Source: Rhodospirillaceae bacterium
GTDB lineage: Bacteria > Pseudomonadota > Alphaproteobacteria > GCA-2721365
Length of the DNA: 64,000 bases
Assembly (NCBI GenBank): GCA_002721365.1
Contig: PBKC01000073.1
Location: 27,225 to 91,224 of the forward strand
Direction of reading: 5' to 3'
Positions 17,633-25,768 of this stretch are shown piece after piece. Below the pieces are notes generated by a model, which worked only from the letters and a program-made list of their open reading frames with translations, did no database searches and had not been told where the DNA came from. How positions within the stretch are numbered: the first letter of the stretch is position 1; every line of letters begins with the position of its first letter. The position numbers and the translations under genes were made by a program.

Positions 17633-18259
17633 ATGGCCGCTGAGGACGTCCTTGACCAGCTTCGCAAGGCGCGGATCGTGCCGGTGGTGCGTACCGCGGA
17701 TGTGGAACTCGCCGAACTTGCCGTCGCCTGGCTGGCCGAAGCCGGTTTTCGGACTTTCGAGATCACGCTGACCATTCCGGGCGCCGTGGATTTCATTCGC
17801 AGGCTCGTCGACGGCACGCCCTATCTCGTTGGCGCCGGCACGGTGATGTCCGTCGAGGACGCGTCGCGCTGCCTCGACGCGGGTGCGCGCTTCATCGTGT
17901 CGCCGGCCGTGGTTTCCGAACTGCCGCCTTACGCCGGCGCCGCCGGTGCGGCGACCATGCTGGGGGCGATGACACCGACCGAGGTCCGGGCTGCGCGTCT
18001 GGCCGGGGCCGACGCGGTCAAGATATTCCCGGCGTCCAGTGCCGGCGGGCCCGCCCATATCAAGGCGCTTCGGGCCGTGTTTCCCGACGTTCCGCTGGTC
18101 CCCACCGGCGGTATCGGAATCGCCGATATCGGTGACTACATCGCCGCCGGTGCCGCGCTGGTCGGCGTCGGCGGCAAGCTCATCGACGAAGCCAGCCTGC
18201 GCGACGGTGAGCGCGAGAAGTTTCTTCTCGTCGCCCGGCACGCGCTGGCCTCCGTCTGA
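17633..18259 (+). CDS. eda: 2-dehydro-3-deoxyphosphogluconate (KDPG) / 4-hydroxy-2-oxoglutarate aldolase
   Basis: ATG at 17633 (MAAEDVLDQLRKARIVPVVRTADVELA...FEITLTIPGAVDFI...GAGTV...VSPA...KIFPA...PTGGI) gives the Eda-type motif order. Confidence 0.88.
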   Translation: MAAEDVLDQLRKARIVPVVRTADVELAELAVAWLAEAGFRTFEITLTIPGAVDFIRRLVDGTPYLVGAGTVMSVEDASRCLDAGARFIVSPAVVSELPPYAGAAGAATMLGAMTPTEVRAARLAGADAVKIFPASSAGGPAHIKALRAVFPDVPLVPTGGIGIADIGDYIAAGAALVGVGGKLIDEASLRDGEREKFLLVARHALASV

Positions 18260-18305
18260 ACGCCAACAGGATGTTCCGCGGTCGGCGGAGAAAGTGACGG
18301 CACCC

Positions 18306-19232
18306 ATGTCTCCGGACATCGTTTGTCTCGGCGAACCCTTGGTCGAGTTCAACCAGATGCGGTCGGCGGAAACGCCTGCGAACTATCTGGCCGGTTTCGG
18401 CGGCGATACCTCGAACTGCGCCGTCGCCGCGGCGCGGCAGGGCGCTACGGTCGGGTATATGACCGTCGTCGGCGCCGATCCCTTCGGCGACGCGCTGCTC
18501 GACCTGTGGCGGCGCGAGGGGGTGGATTTCGCCGAGGTCGGGTGCGACCCGTCCGCCAACACCGGCATCTATTTCGTCACCCATGCCGATGACGGTCACC
18601 ATTTCACCTACTTTCGGGCGGGGTCGGCAGCGAGCCGGATGGAGCCGAAGGACCTGTCGGCGTCCTACATTGCCGGAGCGAAGGTCCTGCATGTCTCCGG
18701 GATCAGCCAGGCGATCAGCAACAGCGCCTGCGACACCATCTTTACCGCCATCGAGGTCGCGCGGCGGAACGGTGTCCGCGTTTCCTACGATACCAATCTC
18801 AGGCTGAAGCTGTGGTCGATCCATCGGGCGCGCGCGGTGATCCATGCCGCCCTGGCCCTGTCGGACATCGCGCTTCCGGGCTATGACGACGCGACGAAAC
18901 TCACCGGACTCGACGATCCGGACGCCATCGTCGACTTTTACCTGGGGCTCGGCGTACCGCTGGTCGTTCTGAAGCAGGGCAAGATGGGAGCCCTGGTCGC
19001 GACGCCCACCGAACGACGGCGTGTGGAAGGGCATGTCGTCGATGTGGTCGATGCCACCGCGGCCGGCGATACGTTCAACGGCGCTTTCCTTGCCGAGATC
19101 GTCGCCGGGCGGGATCCTTTTGCCGCTGCGGCCTACGGCAATGCCGCCGCAGCCCTGTCCACCGGAGGCTATGGCGCGGTCGAACCGATCCCGCGGCGAA
19201 AGGAAGTCGAAGCCCTGCTCGGTCGGGGGTAG
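18306..19232 (+). CDS. kdgK: PfkB-family sugar kinase, 2-dehydro-3-deoxygluconokinase-like
   Basis: ATG at 18306 (MSPDIVCLGEPLVEFNQ...AGFGGDTSNCAVAAARQG). The C-terminal DATAAGDTFNGAF is the PfkB signature. It is adjacent to eda. Confidence 0.85.
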   Translation: MSPDIVCLGEPLVEFNQMRSAETPANYLAGFGGDTSNCAVAAARQGATVGYMTVVGADPFGDALLDLWRREGVDFAEVGCDPSANTGIYFVTHADDGHHFTYFRAGSAASRMEPKDLSASYIAGAKVLHVSGISQAISNSACDTIFTAIEVARRNGVRVSYDTNLRLKLWSIHRARAVIHAALALSDIALPGYDDATKLTGLDDPDAIVDFYLGLGVPLVVLKQGKMGALVATPTERRRVEGHVVDVVDATAAGDTFNGAFLAEIVAGRDPFAAAAYGNAAAALSTGGYGAVEPIPRRKEVEALLGRG

Positions 19233-19348
19233 AGGTTGCCGGGGCGTAATATTCTGTTAGCCCCTCCGTGGCAGGCTTGCGTGGGGCGACGGAACTGCCG
19301 TATCCAGCGGCTTTCCGGCGTCGACGGACGCAGCGTTGGGAGAACACG

Positions 19349-20779
19349 ATGGCGGCGACGATCTTCCCGGTAGTTCTGGCCGGCGGGGCGGGGACACGGC
19401 TGTGGCCGATGTCGAGGCAGCAATATCCGAAGCAGTTCCTCGGGCTGATGTCCGACCAATCGATTCTTCAGGAAACGGTCCTGCGCGCCAACCGCGGCTT
19501 CGCACCGCCGATCCTGGTCACCGGCAGCGACTACCGTTTCCTCGTCGCCGAGCAGCTTCGCCAGATCCGCGTCCAGCCGGCCGAGATCATCCTGGAGCCG
19601 GTGGCGCGCAACACCGCGCCGGCGATCGCCGTCGCCGCGCTGATCGTCGCCGAGACCGACCCAGGTGCCGTCCTGCTCGTCATGCCGTCCGATCATGCGA
19701 TCCGCGACACCGCAGCCTTTGCCCGCGCGATCGAGACCGCGGCCCAGGCCGCGGAGGCCGGCAAGCTGGTGACCTTCGGCATCACGCCCGGCGGGCCCAA
19801 GACCGGTTACGGCTACATCCGGCAGGCAAGTCCGATGGCGGGCGTCGATGGCGCTTTCGGCATCGAGCGCTTCGTCGAGAAGCCGGAGGCCGCCGTCGCC
19901 GAAAAAATGCTCGCCGAGGGCGGCTGGCTGTGGAACAGCGGTATCTTCGCCTTCCGCGCCGACCGCTATCTGGAGGAACTGGAGCGCTTCGAGCCGGCGA
20001 TGATGGCCGCTTGCCGCGAGGTCGTGGCCAAGCGCGAGAGGGACCTCGATTTCTCGCGCCTCGATGAGGCCGCTTTCTCCGCCGCGCCTTCAATCTCGAT
20101 CGACTATGCGGTCATGGAACGCACCGAAGACGCGGTCGTCGTTCCGGTCGACATGGGATGGAGCGACCTGGGATCCTGGCCGACCCTGTGGGAGGAAGGC
20201 GACCGCGACGGTAACGAGAACGTCGTCGTCGGCGATGCGATCGTCGAGAACGTCAACCGCTCCTATGTCCGCAGCGACGGCATGCTGGTGGCGGTCTCGG
20301 GCGTCGACGACGTGATCGTCGTCGCCACCAAGGACGCAGTGCTGGTCGCCGACCGCGGCGAGGTCGACCGGGTCAAGGGGCTGGTCGAGCAGATGAAGGC
20401 CGCCGACCGCTACGAGTACAAGACCCATCTCGAAGTCCACCGCCCGTGGGGCAGTTATCAGACCGTTGATGCCGGCGACCGCTTCCAGGTCAAGCGGATC
20501 ACCGTGAAGCCCGGCGCCAAGCTCTCCCTGCAGATGCATCACCATCGCGCCGAGCACTGGGTGGTGGTCAGCGGCACTGCCCTGGTGACCCGCGGCCAGG
20601 AGACGATTCTTCTCCGCGAGAACGAGTCGACCTTCATTCCGCTGGGCGTCGAGCATCGGCTGGAAAATCCCGGCAAGCTCACCCTGCACCTGATCGAGGT
20701 TCAGTCGGGGGCCTATCTGGGCGAGGACGACATCGTCCGCTTCGACGACCAGTACGGACGGACCGGCACCAACACCTGA
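19349..20779 (+). CDS. manC: Mannose-1-phosphate guanylyltransferase / mannose-6-phosphate isomerase (bifunctional, type II PMI)
   Basis: ATG at 19349 after GGGAGA. MAATIFPVVLAGGAGTRLWPMSRQQYPKQFL is the nucleotidyltransferase N-terminus. The C-terminal cupin reads RPWGSYQTVDAGDRFQVKRITVKPGAKLSLQMHHHRAEHWVVVSG. Confidence 0.93.
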   Translation: MAATIFPVVLAGGAGTRLWPMSRQQYPKQFLGLMSDQSILQETVLRANRGFAPPILVTGSDYRFLVAEQLRQIRVQPAEIILEPVARNTAPAIAVAALIVAETDPGAVLLVMPSDHAIRDTAAFARAIETAAQAAEAGKLVTFGITPGGPKTGYGYIRQASPMAGVDGAFGIERFVEKPEAAVAEKMLAEGGWLWNSGIFAFRADRYLEELERFEPAMMAACREVVAKRERDLDFSRLDEAAFSAAPSISIDYAVMERTEDAVVVPVDMGWSDLGSWPTLWEEGDRDGNENVVVGDAIVENVNRSYVRSDGMLVAVSGVDDVIVVATKDAVLVADRGEVDRVKGLVEQMKAADRYEYKTHLEVHRPWGSYQTVDAGDRFQVKRITVKPGAKLSLQMHHHRAEHWVVVSGTALVTRGQETILLRENESTFIPLGVEHRLENPGKLTLHLIEVQSGAYLGEDDIVRFDDQYGRTGTNT

Positions 20780-21070
20780 CGGGACGGCCGCCGATTTTAT
20801 CAGCCTATCCGTCGCCCCGCTTTCGCGTTTGGGGATGCACACATCTCTGGAACGGCCTGTGCCCGGTTCTCCTGCCGTCATGGCACCGCTTGGCGGTGCC
20901 ATCCACGACTTTCGGCGGTTCCGTCGGGGTCTGCGGCAGACTCGGCAAACTCGTGGATCGCATGGCCGAGCCATGCGATGACGAATAACATCAATGGGTT
21001 GTCATGGGACCCCTATCCCGCTGGATGTGTGAATCCCCTAGCGCGTAAGCGGGGGCCCAGGCGAGTGGCA

Positions 21071-21104
21071 CGTCATCTGGATTCCCGCTTCCGCGGGAAT
21101 GACG
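21071..21104. repeat. REP-like hairpin element (GTCATTCCCGC...GCGGGAATGAC class)
   Basis: ATTCCCGC (21081-21088) - TTCC - GCGGGAAT (21093-21100), flanked by CGTC/GACG. The off-frame translation gives VIPAEAGIQ, the signature pseudo-peptide of a widespread proteobacterial intergenic repeat. It lies between convergent gene ends. Confidence 0.5.
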
Positions 21105-21150
21105 AGAAGGGGATAAGGCGCTGAAATAGCTCTGTAATTTTGGGCCAGCC

Positions 21151-22119
21151 TCAAAGAGCAGGGCGAACGAAGCGCTGTTCGACCACCTCGCGGCCCCACT
21201 GGTTGCCCGGCCGTTCTTCCGCCAGGACGAAGCCCGCGGACTCGTAGAGCCTGCGGGCGGCGTCCAGGCCCCGGAACGCCCACAGCACGGTCTCCGCGAA
21301 GCCCAGGCGGTCGCAGAACGCGACCGCTTCGCCGAGCAGGCGCCGGCCCACGCCGGCACCCCGATACCCGTCGGCAACGATGAACCATCGGAGATGGGCC
21401 GCGCTCGGTCCCATGTCCTCGCCGTCGATGGCGACGGTGCCGACGATCTGCTCGCCGTAGACGGCGCTCCACAGACCGTTCGCCGGCCTGTCCAGCCGTG
21501 ACGCGAACGCGGCGAACTCCGTCGCCACCTTGCTTTCGAAGAATTGGCCGAAGCCCGCTTCCCGTGCGTAGAAGCGGGCATGCATCTCCGCCGCACGGCC
21601 GATCACGCCCGGTCGGTAGCCCGCGACGAGCTCGGCCGCGTCGACCGAGAGGCGCTCGTTCCGCCTGATCGCTTCCAGGGCGTCGGCATAGACGCGGATG
21701 CCGTTCAATACCACGGAGCCGCGATCGGCGGGCATGCGGTCGAGCGCGGCGCGCACCTGCTCTTCGGCGAAAGCGTTGATGGCGGAGAGGGTCGCCTTGC
21801 CGCGGTCGGTCAGGGCGAGCCGCTTGGCGCGGCCGTCTTCGGCGCTGGCCGTGACCGCCAGCAGGTCCGCGTCGATCAGCCGGCGGAGAAGGCGGCTGAC
21901 GCTTGATTTTTCGAGGTTGAGCCGCTCCCCGAGGTCTCGGGCGGTGACGGCTTCGGACCGGCCGATCTCAATGACCGCGTGAACCGCCGAGGGCGACAGG
22001 TTCGTTCCGGCAAGGGTCGGGCGCATGAATCCGAGTTCGCGAACCAGCTTCCGCGACGCGTTGCGGATGCCGTCGACGAGGGAGGGGGAAGCGCTCTGCA
22101 TGACGAGACCGTGAGGCAT
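21151..22119 (-). CDS. Bifunctional MarR-type HTH regulator / GNAT N-acetyltransferase
   Basis: The N-terminal half is a MarR wHTH (LSPSAVHAVIEIGRSEAVTARDLGERLNLEKSSVSRLLRRLIDADLL). The C-terminal half is GNAT (WFIVADGYRGAGVGRRLLGEAVAFCDRLGF). The ATG at 22119 or at 22101 could be the start. Confidence 0.88.
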   Translation of the reverse strand: MPHGLVMQSASPSLVDGIRNASRKLVRELGFMRPTLAGTNLSPSAVHAVIEIGRSEAVTARDLGERLNLEKSSVSRLLRRLIDADLLAVTASAEDGRAKRLALTDRGKATLSAINAFAEEQVRAALDRMPADRGSVVLNGIRVYADALEAIRRNERLSVDAAELVAGYRPGVIGRAAEMHARFYAREAGFGQFFESKVATEFAAFASRLDRPANGLWSAVYGEQIVGTVAIDGEDMGPSAAHLRWFIVADGYRGAGVGRRLLGEAVAFCDRLGFAETVLWAFRGLDAARRLYESAGFVLAEERPGNQWGREVVEQRFVRPAL

Positions 22120-22120
22120 T

Positions 22121-22139
22121 TAGTTGTATTATACAACTA
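22121..22139. promoter_or_regulatory. Perfect 19-bp palindrome, candidate MarR operator
   Basis: TAGTTGTAT-T-ATACAACTA has 9-bp perfect arms. It starts 2 nt upstream of the MarR-GNAT ATG, in the AT-rich divergent region shared with the Sel1/SLT gene. Confidence 0.6.
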
Positions 22140-22241
22140 TTATTGCGCTGTTTCGCGAATCGGATCGCCTGGCGTTCATACCTCCTAAGGATTTTGCCGG
22201 TAGCGTCCGTCCCGTCGCCAATGAACGCCCGAGGAGTGGGG

Positions 22242-23081
22242 ATGAAAGTCGTTCTGCGGACCGCGTTTTCGGTCGCTTTTCTGTGTGTCGCGGCTTCGGT
22301 CTTCGCCGATGAGTCGCCGACGCCGGAGCAGGCCTACCGGCAGGCGGTCCGGTACGAGAACGGCGAAGGCATCGGCCGCGACTATGCGAAGGCCTATGGG
22401 CTTTACTGCCAGGCGGCGGAGGCCGGCAACGCGGACGCGGCACGCGCGCTGGGCTGGATGTATCTGAATGGCCGCGGGATGGAACGCGATCTCGGGGCGG
22501 CGATCTACTGGCTTCGGAAAGCCGCGGCCGGCGGCAGCGTCCACGCAGCGAATCTTCTTGAGCATTTCCCCACCGCCCAGCCGGCCGGTGCCGCCGATGC
22601 CGGATGCACCCGGCCGTCGGCACCGACGACCGAGGCGGCGGCGCCCGTGGTTCCCGTCCGCGCCCCCGCCGAATACGCGGCGCTGGCCGATGCCTTGGCT
22701 CCGCAATACGACCTCGACCCGCAGCTCGTTCTCGCGGTGATGGCCGTCGAGTCGGGGTTTCGGCCCGACGCGGTTTCCCACCGCAACGCCCAGGGGCTGA
22801 TGCAGCTCATTCCCGCGACCGCGGACCGTTTCGGGGTCGCCGATCCTTTCGATCCGAAGCAGAACGTGAAGGGCGGGGTCCGCTATCTGCGGACGCTGAT
22901 CGACCTGTTCAAGGGCGACCTTCGCCTCGCCTTGGCCGCCTACAATGCCGGCGAGGGTACGGTGATGCGCTATGGCGGCGTGCCGCCCTATCCCGAGACC
23001 CGGACCTATCTCGAGCGGATCGCCCGGCATTACCCGCTGAATGCCCTGCCGCCGAAACAGGTCGCCGCACTCGCGCACTGA
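22242..23081 (+). CDS. Sel1-repeat / lytic transglycosylase (SLT domain) protein, secreted
   Basis: ATG at 22242 after GAGGAG. Signal peptide MKVVLRTAFSVAFLCVAASVFA. Sel1 repeats (YENGEGIGRDYAKAYGLYCQAAEAGNADAARALGWMYLNGRG). SLT motifs (AVESGFRPDAVSHRNAQGLMQLIP...AAYNAGEG). Confidence 0.88.
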   Translation: MKVVLRTAFSVAFLCVAASVFADESPTPEQAYRQAVRYENGEGIGRDYAKAYGLYCQAAEAGNADAARALGWMYLNGRGMERDLGAAIYWLRKAAAGGSVHAANLLEHFPTAQPAGAADAGCTRPSAPTTEAAAPVVPVRAPAEYAALADALAPQYDLDPQLVLAVMAVESGFRPDAVSHRNAQGLMQLIPATADRFGVADPFDPKQNVKGGVRYLRTLIDLFKGDLRLALAAYNAGEGTVMRYGGVPPYPETRTYLERIARHYPLNALPPKQVAALAH

Positions 23082-23140
23082 CCATATCCGTTCGGGCGAC
23101 GATCCTACTCAGGGCCGGTATTCCGCAGTAAGCTCGGCGC

Positions 23141-24274
23141 ATGGCGCGCCGGTCGATCCCGAACGTCCTTTTCTCCACCACCCGGTCGTGGAACCCCGGC
23201 GACGACTTCATTCTCTATGGGGTGAGGCGGCTTCTCGAGCCGCTGATCGGGCCGTTCAACCCGATCGTCTTCAATCGCCAGCCGGCCCTTCATCAGCTTC
23301 GCCTCCGCCTTGATCAGGAGACCGAGGTGGTGACGGGGGATGGCCGTGTGCGCGCCAATCTCTACCGGGCGATCGCCCCGCATCTCTATCACGGCGACAA
23401 TTCCTGGCATGAGGGGCTGGACCCTGCCGGCATCGATCTCGCGGTCTTCGCGGGGACGCCGGAATGGTTCGGCGCAATGACCGACCCATTGACCCGCATG
23501 CTGCTGGCCAAGGCGGTGCCGACGCTCTATCTGGGCATCGGCATCCTCGAAACCTCGCGCGACCTCTCCTTCGACGCATTGCCGCGGAACGACCGTTACC
23601 TGCTCGCCCAGGCCAGGCTGGTGACGGTGCGCGATCCCGACTGCGCGAAGCTTCTCGGTCCCGTTTCGCCGATCTCCCTGCCATGCCCGGCGTTGTTCTC
23701 GGCCGCGGCGGCGCGGCCCCGGAGCGGACTCCGCCGGATCGCGCTCTCGACCCAGCTCAGTGGCGACGGACAGATGCAGGCAATCGACGCGGCGACTGCC
23801 GCCTTTACGCGGGATTTGTTTGTGGCGCTCAGCGAACGTTACGACTGTGCGCTGATCGCTCATTTCGCGGACGAAGCCGTGACCCTGCGCGATGCGGTCG
23901 GGGACGACGTGCCGGTTATCTACTCCTACGATCCCCGCGACTACGAGGCGCTCTATGACGGGTTCGACCTCACGGTGACGACCCGCGTCCACGGGGCAGG
24001 TCTCTGCGCTTCGCTCGGCATCCCCGGCTTCGTGGTCAGCCATTCGGCCCGCTCGGCGACGACCGAAGGGTTTCTGGCGGTGACGATCGATCCGGAGCGG
24101 GATACGGTCGAGTCGGTGATTGCGCGGATTGAAGCTCTCGACATCGCGGCCGCGAGCGCGCGTCTGGTCGAACATCGCGCCGAGACCGCAGCCGCCTATC
24201 ATCGCCACCTGGCGCCGGTCTTGGCGAAGGCGGGGCTGTTGGTCGAAAATGGGGACGGGAGGGCCGAAGCGTGA
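23141..24274 (+). CDS. Polysaccharide pyruvyl transferase family protein
   Basis: N-terminal TTRSWNPGDDFILYGVRRLL and C-terminal VTTRVHGAGLCASLGIPGFVV are typical PS_pyruv_trans features. Confidence 0.8.
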   Translation: MARRSIPNVLFSTTRSWNPGDDFILYGVRRLLEPLIGPFNPIVFNRQPALHQLRLRLDQETEVVTGDGRVRANLYRAIAPHLYHGDNSWHEGLDPAGIDLAVFAGTPEWFGAMTDPLTRMLLAKAVPTLYLGIGILETSRDLSFDALPRNDRYLLAQARLVTVRDPDCAKLLGPVSPISLPCPALFSAAAARPRSGLRRIALSTQLSGDGQMQAIDAATAAFTRDLFVALSERYDCALIAHFADEAVTLRDAVGDDVPVIYSYDPRDYEALYDGFDLTVTTRVHGAGLCASLGIPGFVVSHSARSATTEGFLAVTIDPERDTVESVIARIEALDIAAASARLVEHRAETAAAYHRHLAPVLAKAGLLVENGDGRAEA

Positions 24275-24789
24275 GCGAAGCGGTCAAGATCAACGTCGGC
24301 TGCGGCTTGGACTACCGGCCGGGCTTCGTCAACGTTGACGGCAATCCTGACTTGCCGCGGGTCGACAAGGTGATCGACTTCGACAGCGACCGGCTCTCGG
24401 CCCATTTCGCGCCGGACTCGGTCGATCTCGTCATGGCCAACGACTTCATCGAGCACCACGTCCATTGGCATGCGGTGAAGCTCTTGAAGGACTTCTTCCT
24501 GGTGCTGAAGCCGGGCGGGGGGCTGTCGATGCAGCTTCCGGACGTCGAGACGATCATGGCCGCGACCTCGATCCCGGTCGAAACCCGCATCTTCCTCCTC
24601 TATGGCGGCCAGGACTTTTATCTCGGCGAGGAGAACCCGGAGCACCGGAAGCGCTTCCCGCACTACCACTGCCACAAGTTCGGCTACACCCGGGGGACGA
24701 TGACCCGTGAGCTGGAAGCGATCGGCTTCGTCGACGTCGAAAGTTGGGGCAAAAAGACCGACTTCGTGATCTTCGCCAAGAAGCCCTGA
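24271..24789 (+). CDS. Class I SAM-dependent methyltransferase
   Basis: GTG start overlaps the upstream stop (GTGA at 24271-24274). VKINVGCGLDYRPGFVNVD is motif I and DLVMANDFIEHH...LKPGGGL is post-I/II-like. Confidence 0.8.
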   Translation: MSEAVKINVGCGLDYRPGFVNVDGNPDLPRVDKVIDFDSDRLSAHFAPDSVDLVMANDFIEHHVHWHAVKLLKDFFLVLKPGGGLSMQLPDVETIMAATSIPVETRIFLLYGGQDFYLGEENPEHRKRFPHYHCHKFGYTRGTMTRELEAIGFVDVESWGKKTDFVIFAKKP

Positions 24790-24801
24790 CCGGCGACGTT
24801 C

Positions 24802-24903
24802 TTGATCTGATTCAAACGATTAGAGGGTGATCGCGCTCTATTCCTTTGAATTAGATCAAGATTCACGTCTCAGATCGATTCGATCTGAGACGATCTTGAT
24901 CTA
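24802..24903. repeat. Nested palindromic intergenic element (REP/MITE-like; possible bidirectional terminator)
   Basis: Hairpin 1: TTGATCTGATTCAAA (24802-24816) / TTTGAATTAGATCAA (24845-24859), 14 of 15 paired. Hairpin 2: TAGATCAAGAT (24852-24862) + CGTCTCAGATCG (24866-24877) - ATT - CGATCTGAGACG (24881-24892) + ATCTTGATCTA (24893-24903), 23 paired bases with a 3-nt bulge. The two hairpins share 24852-24859. The stop codon of the 24901..25563 gene lies in the last arm. Confidence 0.7.
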
Positions 24904-25563
24904 GCCGTAGCGGTGAAGCGCGGCGCCGTTCTCGCGCAGCCAGCCGCGATGGGTGCGATAGTCGGGCGCGATCGATTCGACGATGCGCCAGAAGCGCTCC
25001 GAATGGTTGAGCTCGACCAGATGGGCGACTTCGTGGGCGACCACGTAGCGCATTACCGATTCCGGCGCGAGGATCAGCCGCCACGAGAACGACAGCGTTC
25101 CCCGGCTGCTGCAGCTCCCCCAGCGCGAGCGGGTATCGCGGACCGAGAGTCCCAGGATCCGCCGGCCGACGGAACCCGCCATGGCCTCGGCGTGCCGGGC
25201 CAGGTGGCTCCGGGCAGCGCTTCGCATCCAGCGCTTGGTCCGGTTAGCGAGTTCCGATGGCGGGCCGGGCACGACCAGCCGCGACGCTTCCAGCCGCGGC
25301 CGTCCGCATTCCGCCGCAGCACTGACAAGCGCCCGGTCGGCACCAAGGATCGGCACGACGGCGCCATCGACGAAGGGCACCTTGGGGGCGACGCCCGCGA
25401 GCTGCTTCTCGACCCAGTCCCAGCGCGCGCGCATGAACGCCTCGCCCTGTCGCTTCGACACGCCGGGGGGCAGGACCAGCTCGACGGTGCCGAGGGCATC
25501 GACTCGCAGCAGCAGGCGCTTGGCGCGTGTACTGCGGCGAATGGTGACGTCGACGGCGGTCAT
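24901..25563 (-). CDS. YgjP-like (DUF45/M48-type) metal-dependent hydrolase
   Basis: HEVAHLVELNHSERFWRIVESIAPDY contains an HExxH motif in the typical YgjP/SprT-like context. Confidence 0.85.
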   Translation of the reverse strand: MTAVDVTIRRSTRAKRLLLRVDALGTVELVLPPGVSKRQGEAFMRARWDWVEKQLAGVAPKVPFVDGAVVPILGADRALVSAAAECGRPRLEASRLVVPGPPSELANRTKRWMRSAARSHLARHAEAMAGSVGRRILGLSVRDTRSRWGSCSSRGTLSFSWRLILAPESVMRYVVAHEVAHLVELNHSERFWRIVESIAPDYRTHRGWLRENGAALHRYG

Positions 25564-25768
25564 AGGGGCTTCCGGGTTCCTTGTCGGGCGGTGTCCGAGT
25601 GACCGCAGAATTATACTCCGCTTGCCCGAGGCGATGCCGCATTGCCGAAGGGGAAGGAAGGCGAAAGCCGCTCCCCATCCCTCAAATCCGTGTGAAAGAT
25701 GAGATTCGTTCGCACGCCCTGCTGATCACGGGGTTAGGCTGTCGCCGCACGATCGCGAGGGAGGGCAG

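Noticed and set aside
20880-20902. 10-bp perfect hairpin ATGGCACCGC-TTG-GCGGTGCCAT downstream of manC
   Set aside because: No T-run follows on either strand, and it lies 100 nt from the stop codon. It may be structural, but I cannot support a function. I also checked the 370-nt gap 20780-21150 by eye for a tRNA and saw no T-loop GGTTCGAATCC-like motif.
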